Below, one piece after another: positions 13,037 through 25,192 of a DNA stretch of 64,000 nt (positions are counted from its first letter, which is position 1; the number at the start of each line of letters is the position of its first letter). The stretch is from Octopus vulgaris (lineage: Eukaryota): assembly GCA_951406725.2 (NCBI GenBank), contig OX597817.1, forward strand, positions 97,154,001 to 97,218,000, read 5' to 3'. The notes under the pieces were generated by a model. It was not told where the DNA came from. It saw nothing but the letters and a program-made list of their open reading frames with translations, and did no database searches. A program made the position numbers and the translations under genes.

Positions 13037-14050
13037 TAAGGCTAAGTAAAAAGTAAGCGTTGTTTGGAAAAAAATGAAATCCATCACAATATATTTCAAC
13101 AATGTGGAAATTTTATTCACCAAAGTAAGTACCATTACAATCAACATATTTTTACCAACGAGTTATAAGTCTGTTTATTCCGGTAACATAAAAATCTGGA
13201 TTTCTGGAACTGATGAACTCTTTGAACGCACTTTCAGCATCAGTTTGATTTTTGAACTCCTTCTTTTGCAGGAAACCATCAAGGTGCTTGAAAAAGTTGT
13301 AGTCAGTTGGAGAAAGATCTGGGAAATAAGCTGGGTGGGGAAGAACTTCGTAGCCAAATTTCCTCAACTTCTAGAGCGTCCTTAGTGAAACATGTGGTCG
13401 AACATTGTTATGAAGAATAATTGGCCCTCTTTTGTTGACCAGTCTGGGACGGTGGAGAAGCAGATTTTCGTTCATTTTGGCAATTTCATGGCAATATGTT
13501 TCTTCCGTAATGGTTTTTCCGGGTTTTACGAAGTTATAGCGGATGAGTCCAGCAGTACACCACCAAACAGTCATAGTAACCTTCTCTTTGAAGAGATCGG
13601 GTCTAGGGAATGTTTTCGGTGCTTCATTTTGGTCCAACCACCATGAAGAACGTTTTTTTTTTTATTATTATACAGAATCCACTTTTCATTGCCAGTTACA
13701 AAACAGTCGAAAAATGGATCGTTTGGTTATGCAGAGGAAGCGACGAACGAAGTTCATATTTTCCCATTTTTTGATTTTCATTCAAATCTTGTGGTACCAA
13801 TTTGACGAGCATTTTTGATTTTCCGATCGCATGGAAGTTGTTGCAGACATTTTACTGGCTAACTCGAAGTTCTTTTGCCAGTTCTCGAGTGGTTTTACGT
13901 GGATCTTTCTCAACGATAGTTTTTAATTGAGGGTCATTGATGACAGATGGGTGTCCACTACGCTCACGATCTTCAAAGCTCAGGTTTACACTGCGAAATC
14001 GTTTAAACCATTTTCGAGCTGACCATTCACTGGTCTGAAGAACAGTCAAC
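13037..14050 (-). mobile_element. Mariner transposon, frameshifted transposase
   Basis: WFKRFRS..DRERSGHP, KVTMTVWW, ILHNNVRPH, HPAYFPDLSPTDYNFF are mariner transposase motifs. Confidence 0.9.
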
Positions 14051-16042
14051 TAACTGCGAAATGATCTGTCAGATATGTGTGTGTGCGCGTATGTATGTAT
14101 GTGTGTGTATTACCTATCTTTCCATCCTGATGACTGAGGCTAATTTTATGGTAATGTTTATATGCATCCACTAATGGTTGCATATCTTTGACTATCTACA
14201 CACTCCATCTGCCAACATTATAACTATTATGTAATTTTGAGCCCCCAGAAACAGCTGTTGGATTTGAAATACCATGCCCTTTCCCCTTAGTTTTCCGTAT
14301 TTTTTGTACTCCATGTAAATTTGTTCAGTAAAAATATAAATATCTTTACGCTTATTCATGAGTGTTCATCTGAATATTTTCAGTTTTTGTTTCTCTATAT
14401 ATCCCCATATATATTTATAAGTCTTTATGTATGTATGTATGTATGTATGTATGTATGTATGTATGTATATATGTATGTTTCATATATCAAGCCCAAACAT
14501 GTTTATCTGCATCACTTTCTCCATATCACCTCACCTGGGTTTCTCTTATAGCCACTCTTTGCCCCGTGGATTTATTTCTCGATAAAGACTTCAAAGTATA
14601 AGTTGAAATCATTTGAGCACTACTACATGTTTTCTATATTGTGCATCTCTGGATCTTCCATGTTGACTTTATGCATTCATGCATACACACATACATATCT
14701 GCCTGTCTGTCTACCTACCTACCTACCTATCTACCTACATACATACCTACCTGCCTGCCTGCCTGTCTACCTGCCTGCATGCATGCACACACACATGCAT
14801 GAACGCGCGTGCGCACCCCTAACACACCACTGAAATACCATCCATGTTACAGAAGAACGACGACTTAAGTTTGTTGCTTGGTTTTCTTTGGTCTACCCAT
14901 TCAGAGAAAAAATGGGGTTAAACTAGGAGTTGTAACATACGTACTTTTCCAAAGTTCTGTAATATAACTGTAGCTTATATAGCTTATATAGATGTGCCGC
15001 AACATTTCGTGATGACTCAAGTTTGATTAGGCAAACAAAATGTACTGAACACACTAGTAGCTGTATGTTAACTACAGGTGTGTCATAATTAAACATTGAC
15101 AATAAATAGTTTCGGGAAAGCTGAAAAATAAATATTGGTTTTAATAGGTAACTAGCCATTTCTCTGTTAAAAGAAGGATTAAATTATGAAGTGATTTTAC
15201 TACTAAATTGGTGGAATTGCGACAGTATTAGTATAACTAACATGGTCAGAGACAACATGAGATCAAATATGACTATTGGGACAGTGTTGTAACTTCAGGA
15301 AAAATGCACAGTGCCATTTGCATTGTCATCAAAAACATCACCATTTTGTTGCCACCATTGTTCCACCGTTACAAACAACATTCTCACCAACATTATTGTC
15401 ATCATGCCAACACTGAATCTCTATGTAGCTGCTTGACTTACTAGAAATAGCAGACAAATTTCCTTTAAATTAGATTTTATCTTATTAATAAAGTTGATAT
15501 CTAAAACTAACTGGATTCTCTAGTTCTAATATATGTTGTCTGAACTGCTGTGTTATGGGAACGTCAAGAAACCAATGCTGGTTTCAAATGTGGGACACAC
15601 ACACACACACACACACACATACACATGTATATATCTGTCTATCAAATCGTAGTGGGATTGAACCCAGAGCCTCGTGGTTGCTAAGCAAACAACTACAAAC
15701 CATACTTACGTCTATTTTGATCATACAATCATGTCTGCACCTCAAATCTCTAGATATACCACACACACACAAGCACACACAGACACAGACAGACAGACAG
15801 ACACACACACACATTTACACACTTTCTCTTACTTCCGGGGTCTGGAGAAAGGGCAGTGCCCATACCTTTCGTAGGCCCTTGGAGACTAGTGAAACATGAG
15901 AAGAAAGGAGATTCCTGAGGGTCAACATTCTGGGAAGGACTGGGTATAGTGATCAGTGTGGGATCAGATGGATGTAGATTCACCAGGGTGTTGAGAGATG
16001 AGTGAGAGTAGGAGGAACAGAGATCACTGTAGAAGAAGTAGG

Positions 16043-16047
<5 letters not shown>

Positions 16048-16073
<26 letters not shown>

Positions 16074-16226
16074 AATAGGAAGAGAGAGAGAGAGAAATAG
16101 GAAGAGAGAGAGAGAGAGAAAGAGGGAGTGAGAGAGAGAGAGAAAGAGGGAGTGAGAGAGATAGAGATAGATAGATAGATAGATAGATAGACAGATAGAT
16201 AGATAGACAGAGAGAGAGAGAGAGAG
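16048..16226. repeat. (GA)n/(GATA)n microsatellite, 3' flank of the Tx1 element
   Basis: Direct inspection. Confidence 0.95.
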
Positions 16227-16448
16227 TATTTCTTTATTCACCATAAGGTTGAGAAAAAGAGGGGACAAAACAAACGTTGGGGTCAGGGTATCGAATGAGA
16301 CGAAACATATGAATAAACAAACAATTAAAATATATACAATTAAATGAGAATGAGTGATTTACAAACAAATGAAGCGGAAGACGCGGTCGACCCCACAAAC
16401 CACATACTCACACTGAAGACTTTGCTTTATCCTTTTTTACATTCTCGA

Positions 16449-19400
16449 TTAAACAGGTTCTTTCACTCGCAACATACTTGCTATAGACTTCCATCTTTTA
16501 GGAAACACACTTTGCGACAGGCATTTCTTCTCCAGCCTTATTTTCCGTTTCATGTGGAAAACGAAAAAGTCGATTAGCTCGAGACTGGAGATAAACATGC
16601 CTGTTGCAATTCCTTTTACTCTCGTCTTCCACACTACTTCTTTTGCCATAGCAACTACCGAAAGAAAACAGGCTCGCTCCTCCCTATTCAGGAAGGTCGG
16701 CGGAACTATCTTAATTACAGATTCGCTCGACAGTTGTAATCTTCTCGAATGCGACAGCAGGTGTTCGACATAAGTCCAGAGTTCAGTCACCTTGGGGCAT
16801 TGCACAATCGCGTGCAGGACAGTTTCTCTGTCCCTCTTACATCTTGCACAAACCGGCGAAGGTGCACACCCATGTCTAAAGAGCTTATCTCGAACCGGTA
16901 AAGCTCCTCTGTAACATTGCCAGGCCAGGGACTTTTGGTAATTATCCATAGGCCCCGGACCGAATGTTCTTTGGAACAGGCTGGCCAGTTGATTTTCGTC
17001 GAAGCCCAGAGTTTCTCCTAGGACGTCGTCACACTTAAACTCTACTAACCCTCTATAGAAGAAAGCGGTAGTAGCCCCGCCACCGGCGTTGCTCGACTGG
17101 GAGAGAAGCACGAGTGCCTGATAGCACTCTGCATGCCACATGCCCAACCTCGGTCTACACTTGATCCATGGGTTCAGTTCGTTAAACGATGTGAACTGTG
17201 GAAATAACAGCTTGACAAACGGAGACCACACCTGCTCACCGTCCAGGTAAATCCAGAGGTGCCTAAGCCTGAGCGCATGTCTGCGCATTTTTAGCCACGG
17301 CATCCCTAACCCACCGTTCAGCGGCTTTTGGCAGCAAATAGAGCGCCTTACAAGAGGTCTGCTGCCCCTCCACAAAAAGCGAAAGAGCATGCGTTCCAGT
17401 TTGTTCAGCCACGAATCGGGGCAAGGCACTACGGTTAGGCGGTAAGTGATTACAGAGGCGATAAACACTTCTGCAACCTCCGCCCTCCCTTTCAAGGACA
17501 GTTTCCGCTCAGACCATGTCTGAGTTAGGAGAGCCACCTCGCTCCAGTTCTTCTCTATCTGGAGATCTGGACCTAACCAGATCCCAAGCATTTTCACCGG
17601 TCCTTCCGTCCAACGACCTACGACGCTGTCGGAAGACATCGACTTGCCCCTCCAGGTGCCGAGTTGCAAGCCGACCGATTTATCCCGGTTGACTTTCGCT
17701 CCTGCCACTGCTTCGTAGTCCCTTAAGGCCTCACCCACCCACTGTAGGTGCTCGACTCGGGAAACGATGACGGTGATGTCGTCCGCATACGCCGAAGCTG
17801 ACTTTCCGCACCCTAGATCTTGCGGGGTGCCTCTCATAGTTTCCAACCTCCTCAGCAACGGCTCGAGGGCCAAAACGTAGAGAAGCGGGGAGAGAGGACA
17901 CCCTTGACGTACCGAACGTTCAATGCTGAACGGTTCCGAAAGGAAACCATTTACCCGAACTACCGATTCGATGTTGCTGTATAAAGCGATGATCCATTCG
18001 CGGAAGGTCGGGCCTAAGCCAGCCGCCGCGAGGACCGTCTCCAGATACTGATGATCCACCCTATCAAACGCTTTCGATTGGTCCAAGTGGACCATAGCCC
18101 CACCCTTGCAAGGAATCCTATTTACCCTTTCTAAGGCATAGCGTAGAAAGTGGAGATTGTCGTGGATGGTCATTCCAGTGATGGCGCAAGTTTGCGCCTC
18201 GCCAACAAGTTCACCCACGACCCTTGCCAACCTTTTTGCTAAGGCCTTGGCCAAGATCTTCAACTCTGCGTTATGCAGAGTGATAGGCCGGAAATTATCA
18301 ATTAAATCCCCCTTGTTTGGGTCCTTTCTTAACAGCGCTACCACCCCTCGGCTCACAGACTTAGGAATTCTCCCGTTCTGCTGCCAGTTGGTGTACACGC
18401 ATGCAAGTAGGTGCCCAAACAAGTCTGGCATGCTACTATAGAGTTCGTAAGGCAGACTATCGAGTCCCGGCGATTTGTCCCCGCCACAGTCTGCCAACAT
18501 ATCCTCGACTTCTTTGGCTGTGATCGGCGCCTCACAAGATTCCGCGTCCGGCCTCGATAGACGCGGCGAACCGGCTAAGAAGTCTGCGAGCTTCTCCCCG
18601 CGCTCCAGCTCGCCGCTCCTCCCGAATAGCTGGGCGAAATGATCATGAAACACCTTGCACATCTCCTCGGGTTCGTTTACTAATTGACCATTTGGGCCCG
18701 TCAAGGATTGAATGGTTGAGTTGTTGCCACGCTGGCCCTCTACCACCCGGACCCATCCGGCTGCGTTGATCCCTTCCTGTCTCATTGCACGGATTTTAGC
18801 CCTGACAATGCACCCTTCATGTTTAGCTTTGAGGTGTTGGTCTAGTGCTAACCTCGCCGCTAACACTTTCGATGCACTGCCTGACCTCATTGCCTCCTCT
18901 ATTGCCTTAACTAGTTCCTTTTCTACTTTGTTTCTAGCACTAGCTAGTTCTTTGCTAAACCTAATTGACTCAAATTTGATGGCTCTTTTCAGGGCGTACC
19001 ACCATTTATTGTTGATAATGGATCCGGTTAACGCCCTCATTACTAATTGTTTAATCCGATTCCTGTAGGCTTCACAGTCCAATAGTGACTTGTTTAGCTT
19101 CCAGTAGCCGGTACCTCGTTTACACATGCTATCTATGTCGAGCGTACAGGTCACTAATTTGTGATCGCTGTAGCTGACGATATGGTGTTGTGGACAGCTA
19201 AGTATTTTCTTATCTTTCCTTCTAGTTATGATTCTATCGATATAAGATCTGGACGACCCGTCGTTTCTTGCCCAGGTCCATGCTGGAGTGTCTGGATGGT
19301 CCAGTCTGAATCTATCTGCCAATTCGAAACGACTTAGCATATCGTTGAGGTGAGGTAATCCCCTCGTATTCTTTCTTGAGCCAACATAATCTACGCTTGC

Positions 19401-19853
19401 ATCGCAAATTATGTTGAAGTCACCTAGCAATACTATCGTGTTCGACGTGCCAAGAAAATTCTCTAGGCTTTTGAAATACTCTTTCTGCCCGGCTTTTCCT
19501 TCACAGGGAGCATAGACAGCGACCAGCCTGAACACTTTACCACTGCTGTGCATCACATCCAAAACGACCAACCTGCCTTCCGGATCTATAAAGACAGTTC
19601 TAATCTCTAAATCCAGGTTTTTCCTGACCAGCACTGCCACTCCTCCTCCCCCTCCAGGTCGACAGGGAGAAATGTATTTCTCGTAGCCGTTTAGAAGGGG
19701 CGAAAAAGCCTGCAGCCCACTCAGTCTGGATTCGGTAATTACCACTACATCCAAACGATGCGACCTAAGGTCGTTAAGGAGGTAGCCTTGCTTCCAATAC
19801 GACCCCAGGCCGCGAGTATTTATACAACCGAGTTTAAACGAGAATGTGAAAAT
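16449..19853 (-). CDS. Tx1 ORF2: APE endonuclease + reverse transcriptase + C-terminal zinc finger
   Basis: Frame is open from the stop at 19854-19856. Motifs KLGCINTRGL, LLGDFN, SDHK, GYWKLN, KAFDRV, QGCPLSP, YADD, CARC..ETVLHAIVQC. Confidence 0.95.
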   Translation of the reverse strand: MFTFSFKLGCINTRGLGSYWKQGYLLNDLRSHRLDVVVITESRLSGLQAFSPLLNGYEKYISPCRPGGGGGVAVLVRKNLDLEIRTVFIDPEGRLVVLDVMHSSGKVFRLVAVYAPCEGKAGQKEYFKSLENFLGTSNTIVLLGDFNIICDASVDYVGSRKNTRGLPHLNDMLSRFELADRFRLDHPDTPAWTWARNDGSSRSYIDRIITRRKDKKILSCPQHHIVSYSDHKLVTCTLDIDSMCKRGTGYWKLNKSLLDCEAYRNRIKQLVMRALTGSIINNKWWYALKRAIKFESIRFSKELASARNKVEKELVKAIEEAMRSGSASKVLAARLALDQHLKAKHEGCIVRAKIRAMRQEGINAAGWVRVVEGQRGNNSTIQSLTGPNGQLVNEPEEMCKVFHDHFAQLFGRSGELERGEKLADFLAGSPRLSRPDAESCEAPITAKEVEDMLADCGGDKSPGLDSLPYELYSSMPDLFGHLLACVYTNWQQNGRIPKSVSRGVVALLRKDPNKGDLIDNFRPITLHNAELKILAKALAKRLARVVGELVGEAQTCAITGMTIHDNLHFLRYALERVNRIPCKGGAMVHLDQSKAFDRVDHQYLETVLAAAGLGPTFREWIIALYSNIESVVRVNGFLSEPFSIERSVRQGCPLSPLLYVLALEPLLRRLETMRGTPQDLGCGKSASAYADDITVIVSRVEHLQWVGEALRDYEAVAGAKVNRDKSVGLQLGTWRGKSMSSDSVVGRWTEGPVKMLGIWLGPDLQIEKNWSEVALLTQTWSERKLSLKGRAEVAEVFIASVITYRLTVVPCPDSWLNKLERMLFRFLWRGSRPLVRRSICCQKPLNGGLGMPWLKMRRHALRLRHLWIYLDGEQVWSPFVKLLFPQFTSFNELNPWIKCRPRLGMWHAECYQALVLLSQSSNAGGGATTAFFYRGLVEFKCDDVLGETLGFDENQLASLFQRTFGPGPMDNYQKSLAWQCYRGALPVRDKLFRHGCAPSPVCARCKRDRETVLHAIVQCPKVTELWTYVEHLLSHSRRLQLSSESVIKIVPPTFLNREERACFLSVVAMAKEVVWKTRVKGIATGMFISSLELIDFFVFHMKRKIRLEKKCLSQSVFPKRWKSIASMLRVKEPV

Positions 19854-19872
19854 TTAGTTGAATGTTTAAAAC

Positions 19873-20196
19873 TTACTGTTTTAACAGAAGAGAGGGTGTA
19901 GTTTCACCCTCATCTTTTCTGTCTGTGAGTGTTGTGTTTTGCGAGGTCAGTTTTTTTGCGAATTGCTTGTACAGATGGCTTGAAAAGTTCATCTGTAACG
20001 GGCCTACGTCCTCCGCAAAAGATTTTTTAATTTCAAAATAATCCGCGTTATCTATCATATAAAATTCTACATTTTCAGATATAATACTATTTATATCTGT
20101 TGCGATATATTTCTTCGCCGATTTCAGTAAATTAATTTTTTCCCTTAATGGGTTATTGTTTTTATTTATCGCCGTGAAGGTGTTTCTTTTTTTTTG
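19873..20196 (-). CDS. Probable ORF1 C-terminal extension in the -1 frame
   Basis: Open frame (..RNTFTAINKNNNPLREKINLLK..MIDNADYF..LLKQ*) begins right after the stop at 20197-20199, at the A9 run 20187-20195. Confidence 0.55.
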   Translation of the reverse strand, partial: QKKRNTFTAINKNNNPLREKINLLKSAKKYIATDINSIISENVEFYMIDNADYFEIKKSFAEDVGPLQMNFSSHLYKQFAKKLTSQNTTLTDRKDEGETTPSLLLKQ

Positions 20197-21491
20197 TTAG
20201 GTGATTGTGGAGGGGGCTGTGTGTGTGTGTTTGTGGGTGTGTGTGTGCTTGTAGAAGCGTGGGTGTTTGTAGGTGTGTGCGTGCTTGTGGTAGGTGTGTG
20301 AGTGTTTGTGTGTGCTTTTTCCAGTGTGTGTGTTTTTTTGGCTACGTGTGTGTTTGCGACTGTATTTGTGGGTGTGGGTGTGCTTGTCTGTGTCAGAGTA
20401 TAGTCCTGTGTATCCGAAGAGGGTGGATTTTTCCGTTTCCGTCTTCTTTTTGAAGCTTCCACGTTGACCCACTCCTGGATGTTGTTGTTGTTGTTGTCAT
20501 CGTTGTTGTCGTTTTTTTCTCCCGTTGTCGGCTGAATTTCGGCAATTGGGGTGCGCGACGTGGCTGCTATTTCTAGCGGTGAAGTTGTTTTCGGCGTCGT
20601 GCTTGCCTCTGCAGTATTTTCTTTCGCTGTCTTCTTGCAGCTCGACCTTATGTGGCCTTTCTCGCCACATTTATAGCACCTCGGTTTTCTTCCCTCGACT
20701 ATTACCATCAAGGTGGTATTATCTCCAATGGTGAGGGAGCTTGGCAATTTTTCCAAGTCCGAGGGGTTCGCTTGGATCACAAGCTCTAAGTCCTGTCCAT
20801 ACCAGGTTGTGGGGCGATATCTTTTAGACTGAAGAATGGCAATTTCTTCCTCTTTGCCTAAGAGAATCGCTGCTGTTATGAAGTCCACATCTATTTCGGG
20901 CGGAATGTCCCTAACTGTTATTCTGCTAGTTCTCATTCCTAAATAAAATGGTAAAAGAACTACCTCTTCTAACTTCAACGTTCTTGTTGAATGTTCCCTA
21001 GCTATTTCTTCGCTAGGGAAACGCACCTCTACCGTGCCGAAGCGACTACCCCTTGTTATAAACGTAGTTTGTTGCCATATCGGCCTCAAACATTTTTCAA
21101 TGGCTTCTCTCTGTACGAAGTCAATTTTCTTATTTTTGACATTATACGTCTTGTATATGACAGTTTTTCTCTCCGTCGCGTAAATCAATTCACTGGGAGG
21201 GAACAACTTCACATTATAACCTTCTTTTTTTAGTAGTCCTTGGTATTTCTTTAATTCTTCCTTGTTGATGACTATATTTTCACAGGGGCGAGTTGCTGCA
21301 CTCGCAAAATTTATTTTTGCCTTTTCTTGTCGTTTACTAGCTTCGCCAGACATATTGTCGTCTGCTTTTGTAACGCTCGCGTGAGACGTCTCTTTACTTC
21401 TACCTTCCTCATCCCGCATTTTCGCCTTCATGCCTTCAATCAAATTTTCAACGTTTTCCTCCGACTCGGAGGAGACTGGTTGCAAATTCAT
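20166..21491 (-). CDS. Tx1 ORF1 (gag-like, CCHC zinc knuckle)
   Basis: 441 aa with VEGRKPRCYKCGEKGHIRSSC. Probably continues to 19873 after a 1-nt shift in an A9 run. Confidence 0.88.
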   Translation of the reverse strand: MNLQPVSSESEENVENLIEGMKAKMRDEEGRSKETSHASVTKADDNMSGEASKRQEKAKINFASAATRPCENIVINKEELKKYQGLLKKEGYNVKLFPPSELIYATERKTVIYKTYNVKNKKIDFVQREAIEKCLRPIWQQTTFITRGSRFGTVEVRFPSEEIAREHSTRTLKLEEVVLLPFYLGMRTSRITVRDIPPEIDVDFITAAILLGKEEEIAILQSKRYRPTTWYGQDLELVIQANPSDLEKLPSSLTIGDNTTLMVIVEGRKPRCYKCGEKGHIRSSCKKTAKENTAEASTTPKTTSPLEIAATSRTPIAEIQPTTGEKNDNNDDNNNNNIQEWVNVEASKRRRKRKNPPSSDTQDYTLTQTSTPTPTNTVANTHVAKKTHTLEKAHTNTHTPTTSTHTPTNTHASTSTHTPTNTHTQPPPQSPNKKKETPSRR

Positions 21492-21653
21492 GTCTTTTCG
21501 TCACTTCCCCCTTGAAACAAGGGGAAAAAGACAGCAGAACTCTGCTGCAACAGCAGAAAAGAAGTGGCCTCGACGACCAAAACAGCAAATTTTCAAACTT
21601 TTCAGCACAAAAACAATCTTTCACTGCGGAGCAAAGAATAACATGACCGATAA

Positions 21654-21731
21654 GGAGAGAGAGAGAGAGAGAGGGTGGGAGAGAGGGTGAGAGAGAGAGA
21701 GAGGGTGAGAGAGAGAGAGAGAGAGAGAGAG
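21654..21731. repeat. (GA)n microsatellite, 5' flank of the Tx1 element
   Basis: Direct inspection. Confidence 0.95.
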
Positions 21732-23320
21732 CGCACTACTGTGCGTCAGAAACTGCGTGTCTGCAATTGACTTTATATCAACCAGTTGGATGGTGTTTTC
21801 TGAATGCTGTTTAAATTGATCGTCAATGGAACAACCGTTACAAATGTGAGAGTAATATAAATGCTACAATGTACCAGTTGAATTTCATCATCATCGACAG
21901 TACAACTGTCCACAGAGATACGGCTTATAAAACCCACAATTACTAGGGACTTACGTAAATAAAACTTACCGACTTGCATGTATGACATTTTCTTGCAGAT
22001 CTTTTAATAAATTTTTGGTGCATCACTATACTGTAATAGCTAAAGATTTTAGCAAACACTAAGTAAAAGTCATCAAGATAATGATGTGTTTCTCACTGCT
22101 TAATTATTTTTATTAAGATGTTTGAGCTTACCATACTAAATATATTAATACGAACTTAACTATTGTTTTTTCATGCATATAACGCATCTGAATGATTTAC
22201 TCCAGTTATTCGTTTCTTGATTCAGACATTTGTGCAAACCTCAGGGTTCCGTTCTCACGCGTACCAATGTGCGAAATTGTCAAGGTGTGTACGGGGGTAA
22301 CAACATGCCAACCTATTTAAGACTATTTATTATAAATCAACCTTTTCAATCACGTGTTTGTGATAAATTACTGTCGTTTATCTATACGTACTCAAGATGT
22401 AAATACATTGTTAGGGATAGGTACTGTATTTGTAAACACCTATATATCCAATGTCCTCCATTCCATAGATACATAATGTATATTGTGTTTTTTCAGTCAT
22501 GTGAAGTATTTCAGAAAAATGTTCGCCCATGAAGTGAATATACGACCTTTGTATTCTCAGTTCGGAGTTGATAAACAAAACCACGCAAACAAGAAACACA
22601 AAGAAAAATAAACAAAACACAATAACAAAACAACACCTAAAATATGTAAAGTGTACTACATATTTGTTGTTGTAGTTGTTATTTATTAACCTCAGGTCAT
22701 CTCTTATCAACCAGATCAATGATCAAAGTTGTTGAGCTCCACGACAACCCTGATAAAGTAGATTTAGATTCAAAGGCATTTCATCTCTGACCATACAGAC
22801 ATAACCTATCCTGGATGATATTAACCACTGTGTCCTTTAACATGGTAAGGAATAATTTGAAAGAAATTCGAGTGCTATTTCTAGTTAGACGTTGTGTCTC
22901 AATAGGTGTTTGAATAAAACAGTTTTAGAGTCTTTACTACATATTCCGACGGTAAAAGAATAAGAGGGTAAAATACAAGAACAAAAATCTTTTGGTGGGA
23001 TTGCGTGTGACTATAGCCCTGGTAATGTTATAAATTATAACATTTGAAGCAAAATATTATTAATCTTCTGGTTCTAAACGAGTCATGATTAAGAGTACAA
23101 AGAAATACAAAAACAGATTAAAATTGATGGTCACATTTATTTCAACACTAGTAGAAGATACAGCAAACTGGTACAACATGAATAATACTGTTAGTGAATA
23201 TATAATGGTTCATCGTGGAGTTTGTACATGATGAGGTGCGCGCGAAAGGAACAATGTACAGCGTCAAAACCGTCTACCGATAAATCTCACCTCACGGAAG
23301 AAATAGCAGGAGAGATTTTC

Positions 23321-23401
23321 TTATATAGCTGACGGTGGGACTCCAGCGAAGAAGCATAAATTTGAAGCGCTTTGCTGGTCTGGTAAATGGTCTGATTGGC
23401 T
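23321..23401 (-). promoter_or_regulatory. Candidate Pol II promoter (CCAAT box + TATA)
   Basis: Minus strand AGCCAATCAG (23392-23401) followed ~65 nt later by TATATAA (23321-23327), in non-repetitive-looking sequence. Motif match only. Confidence 0.25.
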
Positions 23402-23645
23402 AATATGAAGCATTCAATCGGCACGAATGGGTTTGTCAATGTGAAGCCAGGTCATACGACCATATGCCGAATACAAGCGTACAAGCCGATATGAGCTTAT
23501 TTAAGTCTAAACAACCAAATGGTAATTATACTTCTGCTACAAATTCAATAAAGACCCAGTTTTTATTTCACAAGAATATAGAAGAGATATTCGTCTAAAT
23601 GGAAACAAAGATACAGTCTTCGGGGACATGGCAATAATAATAATG

Positions 23646-23700
<55 letters not shown>

Positions 23701-23704
<4 letters not shown>

Positions 23705-24535
23705 CACGAGCAAAACAAAAAACTGTTCTCAGTATTTAAGGAAGCTGACAAATACAAACAAGAAATCATACCACCTAATAAACGTGAAGAAGAAGAAGAA
23801 GATGAAGAAACAACAAAAGCTATAAAACAAATGAAATCCAAACTAAAAATAGAACAGCAACGAACCATGATAAAACGATGGCAAGAAAAGCCCCTTCATG
23901 GTAAATACTGGACTAAACTAAACGCAAAAGAAATAGACAAAGAAAAATCCCAGCAATGGTTGAGAAGCTCAGGACTCAAAGCAGAAACAGAGGGATTTTT
24001 AATTGCAGCACAAGACCAAAGCCTCCCCACCAGAAATTACCAAAAACATGTAATGAAAAGAAATATAACAAGTAACTGCAGAATATGTGGAGATGGACAA
24101 GAAACAATAAATCATATTATCTCTAGCTGCCCAGTCTTGGCTAAGAAGGAATATATTCACAGACATGACAGAGTTGGAACCTACATACATTGGAAGCTAT
24201 GCCAACATTATGGAATAACAACAGAAAAAAGATGGTATAGGCACACACCAGAAAAGGTCACAGAAAACGAGAAAGCAACCATACTCTGGGATATGCCGAT
24301 ACACACAGATAGAGAAATTAAGGCCAACAGACCAGATATAGTTGTCAGAGATCATGAAGAAAAAAATGCTTTCTAATTGATGTATCAATACCGGCTGATG
24401 ACAACGTGTCTCTAAAAGAAATGGAGAAACTCTCAAAATACAAAGACCTGGAAATAGAGATAACTAGAATGTGGAATCTGAAAACAGAAACAATTCCTAT
24501 CATAGAAGTGAAAGCACGCTATAAAAATAAAACTA

Positions 24536-24540
<5 letters not shown>
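23701..24540 (+). mobile_element. R4/Dong family A 3' fragment with deletion near the 3' end
   Basis: ORF 23831-24376 (KPLHGKY..ETEGFLIAAQDQ..CRICG..RHD..NRPD). Confidence 0.9.
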
Positions 24541-24566
<26 letters not shown>

Positions 24567-25152
24567 GGAAAGCAAAGGAAGACGTACAAAAAGGACATAA
24601 AGAATTACGCAAGGAGGAACTACACAATCAATTCCATGCAACCACAACAGAAGTTGCTGGAAAAAATAGGTGGGATTGGCTAATGAAAGGAACCCTAAAA
24701 AGAGAGACCGAGAGCACTATACTGGTAGCGCAAGACCAAGCGCTGGTCCCGAACTGGAGGGTCAACCTGAAGAATGAGCAAGTGTCTCCACTGTGTCGCA
24801 TCTACAATAGAGTGGATAAAACCGTTGCCCATGTCACGAACGAATGCCCTAGACTTGTCCAAAACCACTACAAGTTGTGGAGACACGACCAGGTAGCGCA
24901 AGTGCTACATTAGAAACTGTTCGAAAAGTGGGGGTTAGAGAGAGGCAAGACGTGGTATGAGCACAAACCGCAGAGAGTAGCAGGGTCGGAGACTAGTAAA
25001 ATCCTCTGGGTTTTCCCAATCCAAACAGATCAGGGGCTAGAGCATGACAGACCGGACCTAATGGTGGTGGACAAGGTGCACCACATATGCAATATAGTTG
25101 ACGTTGCATGCCCCCTTGACCCACGAATAATCAAGAAGGAAAGCGAAAAGAT

Positions 25153-25192
<40 letters not shown>

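Larger units (their letters stand above)
16227..21653 (-). mobile_element. Full-length Tx1-clade (L1 group) non-LTR retrotransposon inserted in (TC)n
   Basis: 5'UTR, ORF1 with CCHC knuckle, uninterrupted APE-RT-zinc finger ORF2, and 3'UTR ending AATAAAGAAATA then (TC)n. (GA)n on both sides on the + strand. Confidence 0.95.

Noticed and set aside
20187-20195. Programmed -1 frameshift in Tx1 ORF1 at the A9 run
   Set aside because: Cannot be separated from a homopolymer indel. Dong A-runs in this window show the same 1-nt shortfalls, so sequencing error or slippage is simpler.
23222-23335. C/D snoRNA or hammerhead at ATGATGA..GAAA..CTGA
   Set aside because: No convincing terminal stem for a snoRNA, and stems II and III do not form for a hammerhead.
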